Of a DNA stretch of 64,000 nt, positions 23,615 through 35,711 are shown one piece after another (position 1 is the stretch's first letter; every line of letters starts with the position of its first letter). The DNA comes from Mobula birostris (lineage: Eukaryota). The stretch covers positions 46,663,474 to 46,727,473 of the forward strand of contig NC_092381.1 of the NCBI RefSeq assembly GCF_030028105.1. Reading direction: 5' to 3'. Under the pieces are notes generated by a model. The model searched no databases and was not told where the DNA came from. It saw only the letters and a program-made list of their open reading frames with translations. The position numbers and the translations under genes are program-made.

Positions 23615-24985
23615 TAAGACCATAAGACATAAGGGCAGAATCAGACCATTTGGCCCATCAAGTCTGCTCTGCTATTCCATCATGGCTGATTTATTATCCC
23701 CCTCAATCCCATTCTCTTGCCTTATCCCTGTAACCTTTGAAGCCCTTACGAATCAAGAGCCTATCAATCTTTGCTTCAAATATACCTAATGACTTGGTCT
23801 CCATAGCCATGTGTGCAATAATTTCCACGGATTTACTCTGGTTCGAAAAATTTCTCCTCATCCTTCTATTCTGAGGTTGTGCCCTCTGGTCCTAGACTCC
23901 CCCCACTATAGGAAACATCCTCTCCACATCCACTCTACCTAGGCTTTTCAATATTCAATAGGGTTCAAAGTACATTTATTACCTAAGTATATATGCGGTA
24001 AAAAACCCTGAAATTCGATTTCCCGCAGAGGGTTACAAAACAAAGAGACACCGTTCAAAGAAAGCATCAAACACCCAACATGCAAAAAAATGCAAATTTT
24101 GAAAAATGAGTGCATAACAATCAGAATATTAAACCTCAAACCACAGAGTCCTTGAAACAGTCAAGTTCACTGTAGTTGAGTTCAATTGAACACTGTTTCA
24201 ATCGTTGACTGCAGGCCACAGAGGCAGTCCACCCCAATCAAACCACAGAGTCCTTGAAACAGTCTAGGGATGTTCAGTTCAATTGAGCGCTCTGTCATTC
24301 GTTGAAACAGCCTAGGCATGTTCAGTTCAATTGAGCGCTCTGTCATTTGTTGAAACAGTCTAGGGACGTTCAGTTCAATTGAGCGCTGTGTCATTCGTTG
24401 AAACAGCCTAGGCATGTTCAGTTCAATTGAGCGCTGTGTCATTCGTTGAAACAGTCCACAGAGCTGGTCCACCCCAATCAAAATAGCAGTTTAAAAAAGA
24501 GTAACCAGAGATGCAAATAATGTGAACTGCAGAGTCCTCCATAAATGGGTCCAATCCACAAACCACACTGATCAAACCTTGCCCAAGACCCAAGATTTCT
24601 GCACAGCGAGTGAGAGGGAGACAGACCGGTTTACCACAGGCAGAGGGTGCTGAACACCTGTTTGCCTTCTGCTGTCATCCTCATTGATTTCAATGAGATC
24701 TCCCTTTATTCTTCTAAAACTCCAGCGATTACAAGCCCATACCCATCAAATGCTGCTCGTATGTTAACCCTTGAGTTATCAGGATCATTATTGTAAACCT
24801 CCTTTGAATCCTCTCCAATGTCAGCACATCCTTTCTTAGGTAAGGGGCCCAAAACTGCTCACAATACTCCCAAGTGGGATATGACCAATACCTTATAAAG
24901 CCTCAGCTTTACCTTGCTTGTATTTTCTCATCCTTTTGAAATGAATGCCAACATTGCATTTGCCTTCATTCCCTCCGACTCAACC
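23615..24985 (-). mobile_element. CR1 3' fragment interrupted (about 23965-24690) by a Rex1-tail-like insert
   Basis: Similar to 9035-9670; CR1 homology resumes near 24690. Confidence 0.7.
24253..24456. repeat. 48-bp minisatellite, about 4 copies
   Basis: Unit TTGAAACAGYCTAGGSAYGTTCAGTTCAATTGAGCGCTSTGTCATTYG. Confidence 0.9.
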
Positions 24986-25548
24986 TGCAGGTTATACTGA
25001 GTTGTCACAGTGCAGAAAAAGTTTCTCATAGCTTAATCAGCACTGACTGGCCTGACCCAGCTCAAGTTTACGGCGCTGGCTCGGCAAGAAATGCTGGCAG
25101 ATTCCAGCAAGGCTGGGCACTGTGGTTGGACGATGGGGAAAACCAAAATTAGAAATCACTTATAGATTACTTCTTCTGAATCAGTCATCAAGTCCATGTT
25201 TGCCCTATCAAAGATGGAATGAGACTTAAATGTTGTTTCAGAGGTTCTGATGGCAACTTAAAGAATCTGTATTATCTAGTCCAATCAGAATTTGAAAAAC
25301 TTCAAATCAAAGCTTTAAAAACTAATTATGTCGTTCACTGCTCTTTGAACTCAGACCTTCCAAAATCCATTTAACTGAAACATTTGATGAAAGGAGAATT
25401 TTCACAGAGTGTATGTAACTCTTTTCTCATTTGGTTAGTGATATAAGTAAAATGTTACAAGATTTTATTATTTAACTTGGTTAGAAGTTTTTATATCTGA
25501 TCTCTGAATAACCTCTTTTTAAAAAGTCTGTGTTCTGGTTTCATTTAG

Positions 25549-25628
25549 TGGTATTTGCTATGAAGGAAGCCCAAGAAAAGCTGACTGGTGACATAGCTAC
25601 ACAACAACGATACACAGATGAATTTTGA
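25549..25628 (+). CDS. TXNDC12: TXNDC12 last coding exon (VVFAMKEAQEKLTGDIATQQRYTDEF*)
   Basis: tttAG acceptor; MKEAQEKLTGD matches human MKEAQERLTGD; total CDS 507 nt in frame. Confidence 0.96.
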
Positions 25629-26584
25629 GCTCATTATCCACTGACTTCTGTAGATTGTCGGACAAGAAAGATCGTTAAATTTATCCAAGATCATTTACTG
25701 ATTTATCATTGTGATATTATTTGAAGGTTATTTTTAATTTTTATTTACTGATTTTCAAAATCAGTAAATCTAGAAAGATGTTCTTACATTTTCAGATCCT
25801 TGGGAGATCATAACTATTTTAAGGACTTGTGGGATGGCCGATTGTATTCATGTTAATGGTAATATGTTAATGCATTTACATTAATACAAATCCTAAGTAA
25901 CTTTTGCAGAGATGGAAGTTTTTCAGCTGTTAAGAAAAATTGGTGCCTAAAACTTATTGTTTAGTGCAATAACTGTTACAAACTGCATATGTGACATGAT
26001 GTATTTTCCATGGATCCAAATTGCATTTTCCCCTAGGCTATAGGTGAAGCCTTGTTGAACTTACAACAGTCTTTTCCTAGGCTACTTAAATATAGAGTAT
26101 TTCCCTCGACTGACTTTGCTCAAACTCATTTGGTGACATTTTGAGCTCTCAGTTGATACTTGGAGGTTAATACTGAATTATGTATTTAGAAACATTAATT
26201 TAGTTAACAAAAGAGGGTTGATTTTCAATTCCAGCAGCAAGTCTGGTATCATAGAGTTCTGACTTGAGCCACATTGTTTTAAGTTAGAATTACTCAATGG
26301 CTTTTCATGAAATTCCATTCTCCCCTGTTCCATAGATGGTCTAATTATATATTTGCTGAACTATGGTGTTAGCCCGGGAATTTGGCTGCACACATTAGAG
26401 CTTCTGGTTTTTGGAATCATGGAAGTTTTGGTTTAACACCCCTGCAGAGTGGAAACCTGATGATTACACAGTGGAAAAAGGTGAATTCATGATGTCTGCA
26501 GCACTAAGAGAAGGGGAAAATTAAGCCTGATTAAGCTTAAATGAAAACAAGACTTGGGATGTGTCTGTATTATTCCTGGTGGCC

Positions 26585-27515
26585 AGCCTTTTAATTCCAA
26601 TCTCCATTTTCATCCCGACATTCTGTGGCGTCTAGTGCCATGATGAGGCCAGTGGAGGAGCAACACCTCATTGATTTCTCTAACTTCTGTTAATGCCCCT
26701 CCTCCCCTTCTTACCCCATCCCTAATTTATTATTTATTTGTTTGTTTTTTAATGTTTTTCTCTCTTTCCCTCTCACAATAACTCCTTGCCTGTTCTCCAT
26801 CTTCCTCTGGTGCTCCCCTCCCCCTTTCTTTCTTCCAAGGCCTTCCGTCCCATGATACTCCTCCTTCTCCAGCCTTGTATCCCTTTTGCAAATCAACTTT
26901 CCAGCTCTTGGCTTCATCCTTCCCCCTCCTGTCTTCTCCTATCACTTCGGGTCTTCCCCTCCCACTTTCAAATCTCTTACTGTCTCTTCTTTCAGTTAGT
27001 CCTGATGAAAGGTCTCAACCCGAAACATCGACTGTACTTCTTCCTATAGATGCTCCCTGGCCTGCTGCGTTCTACCGGCATTTTGTGTGTGTTACCTCAT
27101 ATTCCATCTTGGTAGCCTCCAACCTGATGGCATAAACATCAATTTCTCCTTTCGGTATTTTTTTCTTTTCCCTTCCCTCTTCCCTCTTTTTCTGTTCCCC
27201 GCTCTGGCCTATTAATTTTTCTCCTCACCTGCCTATCACCTCCCCCCCGGTGTTCCACCTTCTTTCATTTCTCCCATGGTCCACACTTTTGTCCTGTCAG
27301 ATTCCTTTTTCTCCAGCCTTTTACTTTTCCAAATACCTGGCTTCACATATCACCGACAGGTTTGCCTTCCCTCCACTCCTCCCACCTATTCTCGCGTTTT
27401 CCCCCTTCTTTTCCAGTCCTGATGAAGGGTCTTGGCTGAAACAGAGATTGTTATTTATTCTCAAAGGATGCTGCGTGACCTGCTGAGTTCCTCCAGTATT
27501 TTGTGCGTGTTGCTC
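26585..27515 (+). mobile_element. Two tandem Penelope-like 3' fragments
   Basis: Each has a pyrimidine-rich body and an AGTCCTGATGAA...GAAA...GATGCT...TGTGTGTT tail (26998 and 27415). Confidence 0.8.
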
Positions 27516-28862
27516 TGTAATAATTTGTAATTTTTCAAATGGGTTAGAACATTTCACAAAATATTGCTATATTGTGCCCTATTATTTTGCAGCTTAAATA
27601 TCTGTCACAAAGATCATGTCAAATTATAATAACAACTGGAAACCTCTGAATATTAGTATTTCTGAATTCAAATGATTTTAAGTCTTAATGCAGTGTTAAT
27701 CCTAAATAGCTTGGGAGCTCTATGAAAATAATAGCTTTAATATGCTTCTACTGATTTGGATGCTAATCATAAATATGTGGGATAAGTTTCAGCCACTTGT
27801 TTTGCATACTTGAGGTGGTAAAAATTTCCTAGAGCTGTTTCTTAGTGCCAATATATTTATAAAGAATATTTCCAGTCTTTTATTGTTTTGGCTTAATAGT
27901 CATATGGGACCATGTAAGAATATTCTTTTCTCCTGTATATCTCATTTATTAACAGAACATATAACCCTGGTGTATGTGTCAGATTGGAAATGGTCTATGA
28001 TGGGAATTTACAAGAATCAAATCAAAAAAACCAATGTAATTTCTGTACTTTTAAACTATTAATATCCTGTCTATAAAGCAAATCAGACCGGTTAAACCTA
28101 GGTTTTATTTCTGTTGTTGAAATGTATGGACGGAATCTTTGAAGATATAATGGAGTGGGGTGCAGTGTAATTGTACTTGTATTTTATCCTGTATTTTTGA
28201 TACATTTTTTGGAATGAAATCTATAAAGCTGAAAGAATTGTGCAGTGTATACATGGAACATCGTTCTATTTTTTAAAATGTTTTTCTTCCAAGCAACTTT
28301 CCTCAGTCATTTGGATTGAAGTGATTGATTTCTTAGAGTATCTAGAAAGCTCAGCACCAGGAGAACGGTTGGTTTATACTTCCATTTGGCAGGCAACAAT
28401 TCTATAAACAAAAATTGAACAAGTTAGTGATGAACACCTCCATCATCAGATTTTTATCGAAGTTCTAACTTGTGCAAACTTTGAGTGCAAGTACAGTCAT
28501 GGGTACCACTGCATGTTACGTAAAGATGGCTGAGGTTTATGTTTAATCCCACAAAAGTGGAATTTAAATTGAAAACAATAGTAAGGACTTTTTGTCTTTT
28601 AGTTTAAGATTATTTTCAATAATTTTAGAATCGTTACTGATTTGCAATGGCAATGATTGTTAACTGAAGGCAAAATAGTTGAAAGCAAGTGGATTTTAAA
28701 ATGGTTTTTTGTTTAAAGGGGATCTAAGTTTCAGAAGGTATTGCCCCTCAAACAACGGGAGTATACGTGATCAAGATGTGTTAACTTAAGCAATTCAGGG
28801 ATTGCATAAAGGCAATAGAAAAATCCACTGTAATTAACAGTGTTTATGAATGTAGATTTACA

Positions 28863-31408
28863 CAGAGACAATGGTAGTAGGATTGGACGCTGAGAAAGCT
28901 TTTGATTCGGTTAGTTGGGCGTTCCTATACAGAGTGTTAGGAAGATTCGGCTTTCAAGAAAAGTTTATTAAAGTAATTCAGACTCTATATGACAGCCCTA
29001 CAGCCCGAATTAAGATAAATGGGGACCTCTCTGACTCCTTCATCTTAGAGAGAGGCACTAGACAGGGATGCCCAATTTCTCCTCTCCTTTTTGCGCTATA
29101 TATTGAACCGCTTGCCCAACTAATAAGACAGAGCGAAATCGTAAAAGGTATCAAGGTGGCAGGGATTGAACAGAAAGTGGCGTTATTCGCAGATGATGTT
29201 TTGGTCTATCTGAGTGAACCAGAAAAATCATTTATAGGATTGTTTACACTGTTGGATGACTTTGGGAAAATATCAGGTTATAAAATAAATGTAAAGAAAA
29301 CGCAGGTTATGTCCCTAAATTATACACCATCCAAAAAATTGCAGGATACATACGATCTTAAGTGGGAAGCTAAATCATTAAAATATTTAGGAATAACCGT
29401 GCCGAAGGATCTTTCAACGCTGTCACAGGTAAATTATGGGCCATTAATCTCAGAGATAAAAGCAGATATGCGTAGATGGAATCTTATCCCCTTTTTAAGT
29501 TTAAATTCAAGGATAAATAATTATTGTATCTTTTCCGTACTTTACTGGTGGAGGTGGATGATAATCAATTCAGGGAATGGGACAAATGGATTTCCCACTT
29601 CATTTGGCAAGGAAAGAAACCTAGAATTCGATATAACACCTTACAGTTAGGGAAGGAAGGAGGAGGTATGATTCTTCCTTGCCTGAGAAATTATTTTTAT
29701 GCCTCACAGATAACCCCTCTGTTATATTGGTGTAATAGGGAATATAAGGCTAGATGGAAGGAAATAGAATTTGAATTAGTTGACAGTTTTCCTCTACAGG
29801 CCTCAGTAGCTGACAAAGGATTGATGGCCCAGTTGGAAAAATTTAAAAACAGTTGGATAAATCTTACATTAAAAGTATGGCAGAAGGTGGTTAATTCATG
29901 TGGAATTAATAACATGTTAAAACTCTTTAGATGGTGTGCATATGATACTGAATTCCTTCCCAACAGAGGAGATAAAAGATTTGAGCTATGGATAAAGAAA
30001 GGTCTTACAACCTACCTCTCATTTATAGATAAAAGAGTATTACCAAGGTTCCAAATCCTGCCGGACAAACATGGCCTAGAACACAATGACTTTTTTAGGT
30101 ACCTTCAAGTACAAAACTATGTTAACCAGAGATGTAGATATACAGACCTATCAACAGTAGAATTAGAATTTTTCAAGATTCTGAATTCGGCTTGCAGTTC
30201 AATACCTAGTAAATCAGTTTCTCGACTATATAATGCACTCTCCCACGCTAAAAATGTAAGTACACTGTATATTAAAGAGAAGTGGGAGAAAGAAGCGGGG
30301 TTGGTACTTTCAGAGGAGGCTTGGGGGAAAATCTGCAGCTTTCAATGGTCCTTGACTAATTCTTTGACTTGGAGAGAACATTGTTGGAAAAACATTATGA
30401 GATACTTCAAGACCCCATATCAGGAAAAATATAAAGATACAAACGTGACGTGTTGGAGAAGGTGCGGCTCCAAGGAGGCAAATCATTTTCATATTTTCTG
30501 GGATTGCCCTAAATTAAGTCTATATTGGGAAGGTATTCATAGAACATTAGTTAAGGTACTTAGGTCCCAGATACCTCTGAACTTTGAGATGCTCTATTTG
30601 GGGCATGTATTGTTTCTTGAACAGAAGGAAGATATAAAGTTGCTGCAGGCCCTCTTAGCGGCAAGTAAGAAATCAATCACTAGAAAGTGGCTAAATCCAA
30701 TACCATCTACATTAGAAGATTGGCAGGAAATTATCTTGGAAATATTTAAAATGGAAAAGTTGACTTACTCCCTGAGAATTCAGAAAGAAAAAATTTATCA
30801 AATCTGGAATAAATGGATTGAATATATAACCCCAATGCGAGCAGACTTTAGATGACTCCCCTAATGATTTATACTGCACTTCTCATCAACACAGTAATAT
30901 TGCTAACGTAAGCACCCATAGTCTAAATGTCTTTTTTTTTGTTTTCTTTTGGAAAATAGAGAATTAACACAAGTAAAGGGAAAGATTTGGGAAAGGGATA
31001 ATAAATGGAAAAATTAAGTAAATAAGTACATAGGGATTGGATAATTATGTCTGCGGGCAGGAGCAAGCATGAACAAATTAGGATATAAACACCTACAATG
31101 GTTGTTACATTGGCTTACATACAACATTTTGGACCAGTAGAAATGGTCCAGAAGAGTTATATGGAAACTATTATTACTATTTTTCTTAACAACTAATACC
31201 ATTACTTAGCCTAATAGTTTAGAATTACCACAGTACATAAATATCTATTTAAATGTCTAATTTCCTTTTATATCATCTCAATGTGTACTTAAGAATGTAT
31301 AAGTAATTAGTTTTATACATATAAAAAAATGGAAAAGGTTATATGTGTGAAAAAAGTACATGATATTTGTGAATTCCTTATCCAAATAAAAATAAAATTT
31401 AAAAAAAA
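28863..31408 (+). mobile_element. 5'-truncated L1-clade LINE (RT plus C-terminal cysteine-rich domain), recent
   Basis: ORFs 28871-29650 ([22 protein letters not shown]) and 29524-30855 (CWRRC...HIFWDCP). AATAAA and A tail. Perfect 15-bp TSD GAATGTAGATTTACA (28848-28862 / 31409-31423). Confidence 0.95.
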
Positions 31409-31433
31409 GAATGTAGATTTACAAAATAAATTG

Positions 31434-31622
31434 GTTCCTCTCCGTGGCTTGTGGCGCATCAGGCAGCAACCTTGCTCTTTCTTTAGCATTTGTTTTTGAG
31501 GTTGAGTTGCTAACTCTGCTCAACCCAGCACAGATTGAAAGTGTGCAAGGAGCTGGCCAGATTCAAACCCAGAACCACTCGTCTCAAAGTCCAGTGTTAA
31601 TGCCACTACACCAATGGCCGGC
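31434..31622 (-). mobile_element. tRNA-headed SINE with RTE-like tail
   Basis: Minus strand: A box TGGTGTAGTGG, B box GGTTTGAATC, tail GTTGCTGCCTGATGCGCC...GAGGAAC. Confidence 0.65.
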
Positions 31623-31790
31623 TTTACAAAGTAAGTAAGCAAGCTGTAAAAGGAGATGATAAATATGAACAAGATTTGACCACAATGCTGCTGAGATACA
31701 TCTAGGATGCTCTGGGACACATCACCAGGTCTTTCAACATCGCACAGGTGACCAAGCCGAGGTTGATCAGGGCCCAGCTTGTGTCCTAGC

Positions 31791-32044
31791 AGCATTGGTC
31801 CATGGGTCACCTTGATCCATAGCCATCTGAAGGCATGCTCAGCATTGGTCCATGGGTCACCTTGATCCATAGCCATCTGAAGGCATGCTTGGCATTGGCC
31901 CATGGGTCACCTTGATCCATAGCCATCTGAAGGCATGTTCGGCATTGGTCCATGGGTCACCTTGATCCATAGCCATCTGAATGCATGCTCGGCATTGGTC
32001 CATAGGTCACCTTGATCCATAGCCATCTGAAGGCATGCTTGGCA
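31791..32044. repeat. 50-bp minisatellite, 5 copies
   Basis: Unit RGCATTGGTCCATGGGTCACCTTGATCCATAGCCATCTGAAGGCATGCTY at 31791, 31841, 31891, 31941 and 31991. Confidence 0.95.
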
Positions 32045-33009
32045 GCCTCTGTGACTGTCCTGATGGCTCTTCTCTTTGCAGCCACCCTAATGCCAAGTAG
32101 AAAGTAGATTATGCAGAGCAAGCAGTCAGCAAAACCTGTACACCACACTTCACCTCACTTCTATAGGTCGCAACATGCCCTCCACCCTTGTCTCTGGTAT
32201 TGCTCTACCAGCTCCTGGTATTTGGCTGCCTTATGCTGAACAGCTCTTCTATCTGGCCTCCCCAAAGCACCTTCAGTTCTACCATGATCAACTCCTTTGA
32301 GATTTCTGACAGCTTTGTGAACAATGTTTGTCATTTAATTTGATCATGGCAGATCTTTCCTTACGCTCCATAAGCCTAGACTTCACTTTAGTCCAAAAAA
32401 CAATGGAAAATAATACATTTTAAAAACAGTTATATCTTTCTAGCTATGGAATAGTGACCCCTTTGCACAAATCTAATGGTGATAGTAACTCTCCAATATC
32501 TCACTAAGAGTAACCATGCATCCAACATGTTGAGTAGGCTGTTCCTTGGGTATTATCTCATTTGTGCCTGGTTCTCCTTGATAAACAGTACATTCACATT
32601 GATTGACCATCCTGATACTAATTCTCAGTTTGCGCACATTATAGACTTAACTTCCTGTGGCAAAGGGGCACTGAGTTTGCCTTGGCATGTCATAATCACA
32701 CAAAGTGCAAGTATTATTGTGTATCACATTCTCCACATTGGTCTTTATTGCCCTTTTGTTTCACAGTTGCTTCTGATGTGAAAGAATATTGCAGACTGAC
32801 ATTTGAGACAGCAATTGCAAAATGGTATGCTGCCATCTTGTGGCACAGTGTTGGACACACTCATGGATTTGCCAGAGCATATTTTAACTAAATTTGGACC
32901 TGCTTGAGTAAATATCTTGATTTTTGGTTGGGTTTAAGGAAGGTTTCAATGGAGGGAGATCAGGGTAATAAATACTGCTTTATATAACCACAGTTAGTGT
33001 GATATTATT

Positions 33010-33705
33010 ACAGATCGGGCTCTTGGAGTTCAATTCCAGAGTCCTCTCCAAGAAGTTTGCATGTCCTTCCCGTTGGCGTGTGGGTTTTCTCCGGGTGCTC
33101 TGTCTTCCTCCGAAGATGTATTGGTTTAGTGGTTAAGTGGTCATTGTAAATTGTCCTGTGATTAGGCTAGGGTCTAATAGGTGGTTTGCTGGGCAGTGTA
33201 AATTGTCCTGTGATTAGGCTCGGGTCTAATAGCTGGTTTGCTGGGCAGTGTAAATTGTCCTGTGTTTAGGCTAGGGTTTAATAGGTGGTTAACCGTTATT
33301 GTAAATTGTCCTGTGATTAAGCTCGGGTCTAATTGCTGGGCAGTGTAAGTTGTCCTGTGATTAGGCTCGGGTCTAATAGCTGGTTTGCTGGGCAGTGTAA
33401 ATTGTCCTGTGATTAGGCTAGGGTTTAATAGGTGGTTTGCTGGGCAGTGTAAATTGTCCTGTAATTAGGCTAGGGTTTAATAGGTGGTTAACTGTTATTG
33501 TAAATTGTCCTGTGGTTAGGCTCGGGTTTAATAGGTGGTTTGCTGGGCAGTGTAAATTGTCCTGTGATTAGGCTCGGGTCTAATAGCTGGTTTGCTGGGC
33601 GGTGTAAATTGTCCTGTGATTGGGATAGGGTTTAATCGGTGGTTTGCTGGGCAGTGTAGCTGGTTGGGCTGGAAGGGTCTGTTCCACACTATATCTCTAA
33701 ATAAA
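33010..33705 (+). mobile_element. V-SINE-like element with an internally expanded tandem array
   Basis: V core near 33080, array, then the normal tail GGGCTGGAAGGGTCTGTTCCACACTATATCTCTAAATAAA. Confidence 0.8.
33145..33657. repeat. ~52-bp minisatellite, about 10 copies
   Basis: Unit TGTAAATTGTCCTGTGATTAGGCTMGGGTYTAATAGSTGGTTTGCTGGGCAG. Confidence 0.95.
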
Positions 33706-33769
33706 ACACTTTGGTGATATTTTTCTTCTGGCACTTGTTCACTGTAAAACTTGGAGATTTTTTAAAATT

Positions 33770-34020
33770 TAGAGATGCAGCATGATAACAGGCCTCTATG
33801 GTGGGCCTAACAAGCCTGCGCCGTCTAATTGCACCCCTTTGATCAATAACCAAATAGTCGGTACATCTTTGGAGTGTTGGGAGGAAACTGGAGCAGCTGA
33901 AGGAAATCCATGCAGTCCTGGGGAAAAAGTACAAGCTCCTTTCAGGCACCAGTGGGTATTGAACCCTGGTAACTGGCACTGTAAGAGTGTTCTGCGAACT
34001 GCCACACTACCCTGTCACCC
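33770..34020 (-). mobile_element. HE1/V-SINE-like element
   Basis: Similar to 20698-20966. Confidence 0.7.
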
Positions 34021-34164
34021 CTAATTTGGTGTGTACCAAAACAGTTGTCTTTTATGCATTGGAAGTACTTTTATCCTGTGGATTTTGCACCAAAGACTTT
34101 CCTTTTCTCTACTGGCTATCAACCTCAATGAAGTATTTTTAAATATAAAGTGTCTAAGGGATTT

Positions 34165-35035
34165 CTACTACCAAAGTACATGACCATGCATTTTCCAGCA
34201 TTGTATTTCACTTGCCACTTTCTTGCCCATTCTCCTAATCAGTCTATGTCCTGCATCCTACCTGTTTCCTCAACACTACCTGCCACCCTGCCAATCTTCG
34301 TATAATCTGCAAACCTGGCAACAAAGCCATCTATTCCATCATCTATATCATTTATATACAGCATAAAAAGAAGTGTTCCCAACACTGACCCCTGCAGAAC
34401 ACCACTAGTCACAGGCAGTCAGCCAGAAAAGTATCCTTTTATTCCCACTTGCTACCTCCTACCAATCAGCCAATGCCCTAACCATGTTCGTAACTTTCCT
34501 GTAATACCATGGGCTCTTAACTTGGTAGGCAGTCTCATGTAGCACCTTGAAAAAAGCCTTCTGAAAATCCAAATGTACAACATCCACTGCATCCCCTTTA
34601 TCTATCCTACTTGTAATTTTCTCAAAGAATTCTGACAGGTTTGTCAGGCAGGATTTTCCCTGAAGGAAACCATGCTGACTTTGTACTATCTTGTCCTGTG
34701 TCACTTCATCCTTAACAATTGACTTCAACATCTTCCCAACTGTTGAGGTCAGGCTAACTGGTCTATAATTTACTTTCTGCTGCCTTCCTCCTTTCTTAAA
34801 GAGTGGAGTAACATTTGCAATTTTCCAGTCCTCTGGCACCATGCCAGAGTCCAATGATTTTTGAAAGATCATTTCTAATGCCACCAAATCTCTAATGCTA
34901 CCTCTTTCAGAACCTTAGGGTGCAGTTCCTCTGGTCCAGGTGACTTACGTACCTTTAGGTCTTTCAGCTTTTTGAGCACCTTCTCTCCTGTAACAGTAAG
35001 GGCACCCACTTCTCTTCCTTCACACACTACAACAT
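34165..35035 (-). mobile_element. CR1 RT fragment
   Basis: ORF 34459-34887: VPEDWKIANVTPLFKKG, YRPVSL, LDFQKAF. Confidence 0.9.
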
Positions 35036-35711
35036 CTTGATGTAATTACTATCCCATAGATTTGCTAAGTGGGCCTGCAGGAAAATGAATCTCAGGGTTG
35101 TATGTGGTGACCTATATGTACTCAGATAATAAAATGTACTTTTACCTTTGAATTCCACTGAAGTGGAATAAGGAATAATATAAATCAGATATTTATATTT
35201 GGGTATTCTAATTGTTCCTGAACTGGCCAGGCTATTTTGTGTGGTATTTAAAAGACAGTAACATTAGTTAGTCACATAGTGGTTGTACTGGGTAAGGATG
35301 ACATTGACTTCCCTGAAAGCTATTTGGAAATCGCATGGGTTTTTGTAACAATCTAGTGCTGCTGCTGTGGTCGCGAGTAGTTGGACTGGCATCTTTTAAA
35401 CATTCAAAATGACATTTTGCTTTTGTTAGTACCACAGCTGCCATTGTAGATCTTGCCTAAAGTTTAATCAAAATTTTTACTTTTGATCAGTAGATGCAGT
35501 GTACATAAATGTAAACTTCGGCAAGAACAGATTTATCAAAGCAAACAACTGTGAGTGCTGGAAAGCTGAAACGTGAACCCAGAATGGTGAAAACGCTTGG
35601 GGCTAGACCTCAAATGATTCCTCGATTATAATAATAATTTAAAAAATAAATAAACTCAATGTTCATTTAAGTCATTTGTGTATTACGGGGAGGCAGAGCC
35701 TCCAAGAAATA

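Noticed and set aside
25626-25724. Selenocysteine or readthrough at the TXNDC12 TGA
   Set aside because: The stop aligns with the orthologous C-terminus, active-site codons are TGT, and no SECIS was recognised.
26998-27450. Active ribozyme call for these two copies
   Set aside because: Stem II mismatch, non-palindromic stem III and a lost cleavage triplet make activity unlikely.
33160-33640. Interstitial telomeric repeats
   Set aside because: TTAGGC/TAGGG are isolated within a SINE-derived unit, not (TTAGGG)n.
31791-33657. CRISPR-like arrays
   Set aside because: Head-to-tail tandem units without unique spacers, in vertebrate DNA.
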